A stretch of DNA of 24,601 nt from an uncultured Muribaculaceae bacterium (lineage in GTDB: Bacteria; Bacillota_I; Bacilli_A; RF39; UBA660): positions 1-24,601 of the forward strand of contig CAYRHA010000001.1 in assembly GCA_964424005.1 (NCBI GenBank), in the 5' to 3' direction. Position 1 is the stretch's first letter. Every line of letters starts with the position of its first letter. Under the pieces are notes generated by a model that was given only the letters and a program-made list of their open reading frames with translations, made no database searches and was not told the DNA's origin. The translations under genes were made by a program, and so were the position numbers. Below are positions 18,106-24,601 of this stretch, one piece after another.

Positions 18106-18909
18106 ATGAATACAATTAAATATGTTGTTCTTGGCATTGTACAAGGTTTTACAGAAGCATTGCCTATTTCTTCAAGTGGACATTTACTTTTATTTAGAGA
18201 GTTGTTAGGCTTGGATTTCTTATACGATATGAATTTTGAAATTGTAGTAAATTTTGGTAGTTTAATTGCCATAATGTTACTGTATAAGAATGATATCATA
18301 TCAATCGTAAAAGATTTCTTCTTGTATATGAAAACAAAAAAAGAAAAATATAAAGCAAACTTTAAATATGCTTTACTAATTGTATTAGCAACTATTCCAG
18401 CAGGTATAGCTGGTCTTATATATAAAGATAGTATTGAGAAAGTAATGAGTTTAAAAATACTTGGTATTTCATTCTTAATGACTGCTGCATTTATATTCTT
18501 AATTAGAAATATAAAGGGCACTAAAGATGATAGTAAACTGACAATAAAAGATGCAATAATAATTGGTTTATATCAAATTGTTGCATTATTACCCGGTGTA
18601 AGTAGAAGCGGTGCCACAATATCTGCTGGTATGTTTAGAGGTTTAAAAAGAGAAGCAGCACTTAAATTTAGTTTTATGTTATATATTCCTATTAGTCTAG
18701 CATCAATGGCATTGGGTGTAAGTGACTTAGTTAAATCTCCAAACCTAAATAGTTTGTGGTTTCCATATTTAATGGCAACAATTGCAGCAATGGCAATTAC
18801 ATATTTCACATTTAAATGGTTTAAAAAGATATTGCTAAAGAATGGAAAATTAATATACTTCTCAATTTATACTTTCTTATTAGGACTAATATTATTAATA
18901 TTATTTTAA
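18106..18909 (+). CDS. uppP: Undecaprenyl-diphosphate phosphatase (BacA/UppP)
   Basis: LGIVQGFTEALPISSSGH and PGVSRSG motifs, multi-TM; start at ATG 18106 after SD GGTGA. Confidence 0.94.
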   Translation: MNTIKYVVLGIVQGFTEALPISSSGHLLLFRELLGLDFLYDMNFEIVVNFGSLIAIMLLYKNDIISIVKDFFLYMKTKKEKYKANFKYALLIVLATIPAGIAGLIYKDSIEKVMSLKILGISFLMTAAFIFLIRNIKGTKDDSKLTIKDAIIIGLYQIVALLPGVSRSGATISAGMFRGLKREAALKFSFMLYIPISLASMALGVSDLVKSPNLNSLWFPYLMATIAAMAITYFTFKWFKKILLKNGKLIYFSIYTFLLGLILLILF

Positions 18910-18934
18910 AAAAAGATGATTACTCATCTTTTTT
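18909..18934. terminator. Bidirectional terminator between uppP and rmuC
   Basis: AAAAAAGATGA-ttac-TCATCTTTTTT perfect 11 bp stem. Confidence 0.75.
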
Positions 18935-19999
18935 CTTTGTTTCAATAAACTTATCTACTTCAACTCTATTTATTGATTCAAACTTATCACTTATCTTTTC
19001 AGTAGTTACATTGACATCTTTCACATCTTTAGATACTTTTTCAATACTTCTAGATAATGTTTCCCATCTTTCTTTATATCTACTGAATTCTATACTTAAT
19101 CCTTGTAATTCTTTTTGTATAACTAATGCATATTTATCTCTTTCAGAATTCTTAATTACTGATTGTACTACAGTAAGTACTGCCATTAATGTAGTTGGAG
19201 ATGTTATCCATACTTTTTTTGTATATGCATAATTAATTATGTCTTGATGATATGCGTTTAGCTCAGCAAATAAGGCTTCTGCAGGAAGAAACATAAATGC
19301 TTGGTTAGATGTTACATTTGGTATTATATACTTCTCTGCAATAGCATCTATGTGCTTTTTGACATCTATTTTAAACTTTTTCTCATATAAATCTCTTTCA
19401 ATCTTAGAAATATTCTTATCTACCATATTTTGGTAGTTCTCTAAAGGGAACTTTGAATCTATAGCAACAAGTCCAAGTGGTTCAGGTGCTCTAAGTATTG
19501 CATCTGCTATATTGTTATTTTCAAATTTATATTGCAATTCATATATTTTAGTATTATTATCACCAAATATATTTCTTAATATATTATTTAAGCTTACTTC
19601 TCCAAAAGTACCTCTACTCTTTTTATCAGTTAATATACCTTGTAATGACACTATATCAGTTGATAATGCATCTATTTTCTTTTGTGCTTCATCTATTTTA
19701 GTAAGCCTTTCAACAATTGACATGAAAGTTTTATTACTCTTTTCAAAATTTTGATCCAATCTTTCATTTACTTTATCGTTAATTATTCTCAATCTTTCTT
19801 CAATTCTATTATTCAAAGACTCAAAATCTTGAAACAAGGTTCTATTTAAATCAGATTTAAAATCTCCAATTTCTTTAGTAATGGTATTTTCTAGTTTACC
19901 TAATCTTTCAGTAATATTGCTTTCATTTATATTTTTAAATAATGATATTACACCAAGTATTAACAATAATATAAGTAAACCAATTGTTATATATTCCAT
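18920..19999 (-). CDS. rmuC: DNA recombination protein RmuC
   Basis: N-terminal TM, coiled coil, RGTFGE, IDSKFP, MFLPAE, SPTTL; SD AAGGAGTGA. Confidence 0.92.
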   Translation of the reverse strand: MEYITIGLLILLLILGVISLFKNINESNITERLGKLENTITKEIGDFKSDLNRTLFQDFESLNNRIEERLRIINDKVNERLDQNFEKSNKTFMSIVERLTKIDEAQKKIDALSTDIVSLQGILTDKKSRGTFGEVSLNNILRNIFGDNNTKIYELQYKFENNNIADAILRAPEPLGLVAIDSKFPLENYQNMVDKNISKIERDLYEKKFKIDVKKHIDAIAEKYIIPNVTSNQAFMFLPAEALFAELNAYHQDIINYAYTKKVWITSPTTLMAVLTVVQSVIKNSERDKYALVIQKELQGLSIEFSRYKERWETLSRSIEKVSKDVKDVNVTTEKISDKFESINRVEVDKFIETKKKDE

Positions 20000-20003
20000 A
20001 ATC

Positions 20004-20570
20004 TCACTCCTTTATATTTAATAACTTTTGTATTAACTCTGATAGTAGATATGCCAGCAACATTATCATTAGTATTACCGCTATTACAAGTGGATCACTA
20101 ATACTTTGAATTAAGGTTTTACCAATATATCCCCAGAAGAATACCATAAATGGTTTTCCTATAAGAATAGCTAATATAAATTTTTTTGATTCCATCTTAG
20201 ATAATCCTGCAGATATATTTACTGCAAATGAAGGAGTAAAAGGCATTGCAACTAGTAATGTTAAGCTTCTAAAGCTTAACTTCTTTATTCTCTTTAGAAA
20301 TATATCTACTTTACCATCTAATTTAATGTGTTTATATAATACTTTATTAAATCCATTTTTAAATGCATAGAAAGATAGCAAACAACCACCTATTGTAGCT
20401 ATTAAAGATATTATATATCCTACAACATTACCAAATGCCAACATATTTAATGATACAAATAATCCAAGTGGAAGCACTGGAAATATTGATTCAATAATTA
20501 TTATTAAAAATCCAAATACTGGACCAAGTTGTAAAATCAATTGTACTATTACATCAATAATCTCTTGCAC
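20004..20570 (-). CDS. TVP38/TMEM64 (VTT domain, DedA superfamily; YhjE-like) membrane protein
   Basis: ESIFPVLP, AMPFTPSFAVNISAGLS, GKPF; multi-TM; GTG start after SD AGGTGA. Confidence 0.85.
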   Translation of the reverse strand: MQEIIDVIVQLILQLGPVFGFLIIIIESIFPVLPLGLFVSLNMLAFGNVVGYIISLIATIGGCLLSFYAFKNGFNKVLYKHIKLDGKVDIFLKRIKKLSFRSLTLLVAMPFTPSFAVNISAGLSKMESKKFILAILIGKPFMVFFWGYIGKTLIQSISDPLVIAVILMIMLLAYLLSELIQKLLNIKE

Positions 20571-20607
20571 TACATTTCACCTATAAGTATTATAATATAT
20601 TTAAAAT

Positions 20608-20633
20608 AAAAAAGATATACACAGTATATCTTT
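20608..20633 (-). terminator. Intrinsic terminator of the VirD4-like gene
   Basis: AAAGATATAC-aca-GTATATCTTT perfect stem overlapping the stop, T run on the minus strand. Confidence 0.8.
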
Positions 20634-22716
20634 ATTCTTCATAGAAGAAATCATCAAAGAATTCATCATCAGTAGTATCTTCCTTTTCAATAGATTCGAT
20701 TATTTTATCTATATCTGGATTTACTATTACTTCTTCTTCTTTTTGTTCAGGTACTACTTCTTTTATAGTCTTTTCTTCTACTTTATTTTCATCAATTACT
20801 ACTGGTGTATCCTTTTCACTAGTTGCATTTTGTGCTTTTTCTTCTTTATCTAATTCTTCAATCTTCTCATCAATCTTCTTAATGAGTTCATCAAAATTAA
20901 AGTTTTCTCCTTCGAATGAATTTGGCTTATTAATACTGTTAACTGATGGCCCAAACGAAGATTCTTTAGCCATCTTAAGAGGATCATCAATAACACCGAA
21001 TAAACTATTCATTCTTTTATTTTTTACCATTTCTTTTAAATCAAATAATTTAATTGGTTTCTTCTCTCTAGTTATGTATGTAGCCTTTGGATAATTTGGA
21101 TTATTCCAATTATACTCATCATTTGTTTTAACTTTTGTTTTAAATGGCGCACAACGATGTTTTAATATTACAACGTCTTTATATTTCAATCTTTGCAATT
21201 CTGCAACAGAAATTAAAGGCCTTACTTCTTCTTTATCTTTCTTCTTAACCTTCTTCTCTCCTGCTAATTTACTTATTTCTTCAAGAGATTGTAATTCACT
21301 ACTTAATAAATATATCGTATTAGCACAGTTACCTTTTATAGTTTCTGCTTTTTCTTTTCCATATACTTCATTTAACTGTGCAAAGTTTTGAATAATCAAA
21401 TTAAATCTAATAAGTCTAGATCTTGCTGCAGTTATCATAGTAGTAACATCATTTAATGGAGGCATATTTGCAAACTCATCTAGTATAAAATTTGTTCTAA
21501 TTGATAACTTACCACCATTACCTTGTGCTACATCAATTAAACTTTCATAGCATTGTTTAATAAATATTGTTGCTAAAGCATGATATGTTTTCTTTTCATC
21601 TTGAATTACTAAGAATACGGCAGTCTTCTCTTTACCTATATCAAACATATTAAAATCACTATGTGATAACATCTCTGATAAGTTTTCTGCCATAGCAAAT
21701 ATATTAACTTTTTGTCTGAATACAGATACTATACTTCCTCTAGTTTCATTTGGTGCATTAATAGTACCAGCAGAATTAATATATGCAGTATTAGAAGATT
21801 CTTTTGTTGCAAAATATTCTTTAATATATGTTGAATTATTAAACTTCTCTTCACCTGTTGTTAACATTTGTATTATTGAGTTTAAATTAATTTCTTCTTC
21901 TTTTGCATCTTGAAATAATCCTTGCGCTAAACCAGTAAAGAAGTCAGCTGCTGTGTTTTGCCAAAATGGATCTTCAGTCTTAGCTTCATATAATATATTA
22001 ATTGCTAAGTCTCTAAGTAATTCATTAGATTTATCTTTATTTCCAGATTTATACAATTCATAAGGTAATGTTAAAGGATTCCATGCATGTCCCATTTGAG
22101 GATCTCTAAAATTTAATACAATTATTTTATATCCTCTTTCCTTTAACATTTCAGCATTCTTTTCATATATCTCGCCTTTAGGGTCAGTAATAATCATTGA
22201 CTCTCCCTTTTTAGCTAATATATTTACTAATGGATTTACTATACAATAAGTCTTTCCTGATCCAGTAGCACCAATTACAATTGAGTGGGATTCACCATCA
22301 TCTACCCATGTTTCTTGGCCTTTTGAAAACAAAGGCATTCCTGCATAATTATAATTTCTATCAGATTGGTATATCTTTTTAACACCAATTGCGCTTATTA
22401 TGTCTTTCTCTTTAGCAAAACTTTCATATCCTTCAAATTTCTTTCCATCAGTGCTTATTCCAAATCCTTTTTCTCTTTCAAAAAAGTATGATGAAACAAC
22501 TAATATTATTGCAAACAATGCTATTGAATAAAATACTATCGTATAAACTAAATATGTTGGAGAAAAAGCTTCCACGGGGTTTAATCCATAAAAACTTCCT
22601 GTTTTTGAAAATGTAGATAAATTAAGTATTGCTAAAGCCACTATATATAATAAAAATATACAAAATAATACAAAATATAGTATATCTTGTGGTTCAGCTT
22701 TAAATTTTAATTTCAC
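20632..22716 (-). CDS. virD4: Type IV coupling protein, VirD4/TraG family ATPase
   Basis: Two N-terminal TMs, Walker A GATGSGKT, TDPKGE, WNPL, DPFW, Walker B FILDEF, ARSR, IIQNFAQL..VYG, GNC, RPLI; SD AGGAGG before GTG. Confidence 0.92.
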   Translation of the reverse strand: MKLKFKAEPQDILYFVLFCIFLLYIVALAILNLSTFSKTGSFYGLNPVEAFSPTYLVYTIVFYSIALFAIILVVSSYFFEREKGFGISTDGKKFEGYESFAKEKDIISAIGVKKIYQSDRNYNYAGMPLFSKGQETWVDDGESHSIVIGATGSGKTYCIVNPLVNILAKKGESMIITDPKGEIYEKNAEMLKERGYKIIVLNFRDPQMGHAWNPLTLPYELYKSGNKDKSNELLRDLAINILYEAKTEDPFWQNTAADFFTGLAQGLFQDAKEEEINLNSIIQMLTTGEEKFNNSTYIKEYFATKESSNTAYINSAGTINAPNETRGSIVSVFRQKVNIFAMAENLSEMLSHSDFNMFDIGKEKTAVFLVIQDEKKTYHALATIFIKQCYESLIDVAQGNGGKLSIRTNFILDEFANMPPLNDVTTMITAARSRLIRFNLIIQNFAQLNEVYGKEKAETIKGNCANTIYLLSSELQSLEEISKLAGEKKVKKKDKEEVRPLISVAELQRLKYKDVVILKHRCAPFKTKVKTNDEYNWNNPNYPKATYITREKKPIKLFDLKEMVKNKRMNSLFGVIDDPLKMAKESSFGPSVNSINKPNSFEGENFNFDELIKKIDEKIEELDKEEKAQNATSEKDTPVVIDENKVEEKTIKEVVPEQKEEEVIVNPDIDKIIESIEKEDTTDDEFFDDFFYEE

Positions 22717-22748
22717 ATTAACTCCTCCTAACAGATTCCATTAACATT

Positions 22749-22778
22749 ATAATACCAAATAACCTAGTAACATTTCAA
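22749..22778 (-). promoter_or_regulatory. Dedicated sigma70 promoter of the VirD4-like gene
   Basis: TTGAAA (22778-22773), 18 bp, TG-extended TATTAT (22754-22749); an overlapping TATAAT at 22751-22746. Confidence 0.6.
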
Positions 22779-22799
22779 GTAAAGTCAACAAAATTATTA

Positions 22800-24601
22800 T
22801 TAATAACAAGGATTCTTGTAATTTGTTGCGCTTGTATACAAATTAATTGGATTAAATAAATTTTCTCTAATAGATGAACTACCCTTCCATATTTGGAAAT
22901 GTAAGTGCCTTCCAGTTGTATTAATACCAGTATTACCCATTGTTGCAATAACCTGTCTGGTTTCAAGAACTTGACCTTCAGAAACTTTAACAGATCCAGC
23001 TAATAAATGTCCATAATATGTTGTATATGATTCTCCATCTATATCATATCTGATTTTTATGTATATTCCACCTTCCAAACTATTACCAACATCTACAACG
23101 GTTCCAGGTACCGTTCCTACTGAATATATATAATAATTCTCTGTTACGTTATATACAGCATCTATACCAGTATGAAATCCAGCAAATCTTCCTAATCTAT
23201 ATCCAAAATATGATGTGATTGAGTAAGCACCCTCGAAAGGCGGTTGTAAAACACTAACAACATTTTGTGGTATAGTAGCCATTTCTTGACATGTGGATAA
23301 TCTTTCGTCAAAATATAACATATCTGCAAGTAAATAAGTATTTTTTATGTCGTTAATTACTCTTGTTTTTTCCTCATCAGTTCCATCCTCAAAAAACTTG
23401 TTTGAATATAGTGTTTTTAGTATATTTGATTCAGCTAAATAATCAAAATACTTATCATAATCAATTTCACTATAGTAATCATAAATAGTAGAATTAACAT
23501 TTGCTTCATTACAAATCTTTTTTATATGGGTCTTTATATCAACACTTTTTGAATTGACATATTCTGTTTCATATACAATTACATTATCTTTTACTTTTTC
23601 AGTACACAAATATTCCACTTCTCTCATAGAAACCATATTACGTGCTAAAAAGGGAATAGCAGCTACTCTAATATTAGCTCTATCAACATTTAATTCTTCA
23701 CTATTTGATGATGCAGAATTTTCTAAATTAACGTCGTAAAATAAAGTGGACACTAATAAAGATATATCTAGTTCAATAGCATTTGTATCGTAATAATAAA
23801 TATATTCTTCTATTATTTCGTTTTTTACTTTTTCTTCGTTGGTTACAAAACCATCAAAAACAACAAAGTTACCGATTCTTTGAATATTCAATGCTGCTTT
23901 CTCACCAACATCATAATCAGTTAATCCTCCAAAAACATTTGAAAGTATTGATGATAAAGAAGCCACTAACACGAATGGTAATAATACTAAAGATATAACA
24001 AAAAGAAATGGTAGAACAAAAAGAAGAATTTTAAATCCTTTCTTTTTGTTTTTTCCTAGTAGTTCCTCAGTTCCTTCATCAAAATCAGACTCATCTTCGT
24101 TTTCAACTTCTTCATTTCCAGAGCTTAATTTATATTTATCTTTCTTTTTTGCTTCTTCATCTAATCTTGTAGTTTTTTTCTCAATATTATTATCCAATTT
24201 TGAATCTTTTTGCTTTATTTCATTTTTTAGTGAATTGCCATCAACATTTTTATTTGGTATTTTTGAACCATCTTGTATATTTGGTTGTATGCCTTGTTGT
24301 TTTATTGGAGTTGTAGAATTTTGTATAGCAGATGCACCATTTGCTGCTGTGGAAGCTGTTTGTGTTGAAGCAGCTGTATTTGCTGCTGCTGCAGTCTTTG
24401 CAGCTGCAGCTGTTTTAGCTGCCGTTGCTGTTTTTGCTGCTGCCGCCGCAGCAACAGGTGCTGCGTTTCTAACAATACTTAATACATTAACACCGTCATC
24501 TCCAATACTAGAAACATTTTTTTCTAATAATTCAATTACAAATAATGCAAGATAAAAAAAGATAGCAATGTATAATGTTGAATTACCATTAAATTTGTTT
24601 A
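22800..24601 (-). CDS. Membrane-anchored M23-family zinc metallopeptidase; 5' end unresolved, frame open to the window edge
   Basis: C-terminal HTGID, YGHL and HLHF motifs; one TM after KNKKKG; hand translation finds no stop between the ORF-track TTG (24197) and 24601. Confidence 0.85.
   Translation of the reverse strand, partial: NKFNGNSTLYIAIFFYLALFVIELLEKNVSSIGDDGVNVLSIVRNAAPVAAAAAAKTATAAKTAAAAKTAAAANTAASTQTASTAANGASAIQNSTTPIKQQGIQPNIQDGSKIPNKNVDGNSLKNEIKQKDSKLDNNIEKKTTRLDEEAKKKDKYKLSSGNEEVENEDESDFDEGTEELLGKNKKKGFKILLFVLPFLFVISLVLLPFVLVASLSSILSNVFGGLTDYDVGEKAALNIQRIGNFVVFDGFVTNEEKVKNEIIEEYIYYYDTNAIELDISLLVSTLFYDVNLENSASSNSEELNVDRANIRVAAIPFLARNMVSMREVEYLCTEKVKDNVIVYETEYVNSKSVDIKTHIKKICNEANVNSTIYDYYSEIDYDKYFDYLAESNILKTLYSNKFFEDGTDEEKTRVINDIKNTYLLADMLYFDERLSTCQEMATIPQNVVSVLQPPFEGAYSITSYFGYRLGRFAGFHTGIDAVYNVTENYYIYSVGTVPGTVVDVGNSLEGGIYIKIRYDIDGESYTTYYGHLLAGSVKVSEGQVLETRQVIATMGNTGINTTGRHLHFQIWKGSSSIRENLFNPINLYTSATNYKNPCY
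24354..24443 (-). repeat. Five degenerate 18-bp tandem coding repeats
   Basis: Encode AAAKTA, TAAKTA, AAAKTA, AAANTA, ASTQTA; K/K/K/N/Q codons fall exactly 18 bp apart (24432, 24414, 24396, 24378, 24360). Confidence 0.8.

Noticed and set aside
18920-19999. rmuC as a DNA-processing partner (relaxase substitute) of the VirD4-like protein
   Set aside because: RmuC is widespread without T4SS and is separated from virD4 by a terminator and another gene; only proximity supports the link
20571-20631. ICE attachment site or element boundary downstream of virD4
   Set aside because: The 61 bp gap is fully explained by the virD4 terminator plus the -10 and SD of the next gene; no tRNA or recombinase nearby (the partner end cannot be checked in this window)
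24354-24443. CRISPR array or non-coding repeat
   Set aside because: The 18-bp in-frame units are degenerate at third positions and have no spacers, so this is a protein repeat
206-24555. Short overlapping ORFs in the six-frame track (e.g. 206-448, 584-886, 4277-4699, 6040-6315, 13854-14189, 17014-17325, 22775-22966, 24046-24555)
   Set aside because: All are antisense or alternate-frame shadows of well-supported genes, with F/S/L/I-rich composition, no SD and no motifs
1-24601. Mollicute-type genetic code 4 (TGA=Trp) given the very low GC
   Set aside because: TGA terminates nth and the DedA/VTT gene at sensible ends, conserved Trp residues use TGG, and long ORFs have no in-frame TGA

Overview
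A very AT-rich, gene-dense bacterial chromosome segment using the standard code (TGA is a stop in nth and in the DedA/VTT gene; Trp is TGG). About 20.6 kb is Bacilli-type housekeeping: recU-ponA convergent with hup, cca, dnaD and nth; then a PMM/PGM, der, engB, nrnA, ackA, two unknown proteins, DUF1292, YutD, ferredoxin, rluB, an SDR, asnS, uppP, rmuC and a DedA/VTT protein. PBP1A and UppP indicate a walled cell. The overall style suggests a reduced uncultured Bacilli lineage such as RF39/UBA660; this is an inference, not a database result. The last 4 kb holds the main signal: an intact VirD4/TraG-like type IV coupling ATPase with its own promoter, terminator and a long acidic C-terminal tail, next to a membrane-anchored M23 peptidase whose frame stays open to the window edge. 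It abuts housekeeping genes with no integrase, relaxase, tRNA or att-like site on that side, so it is a candidate host-domesticated T4SS-like module. Secondary signals: a PBP1A with two strong in-frame starts and an extra 2-TM hairpin, a tail-anchored acidic protein, an orphan coiled-coil protein, and AT-rich terminators written into stop-codon regions. No rRNA, tRNA, CRISPR array or transposase was recognised.
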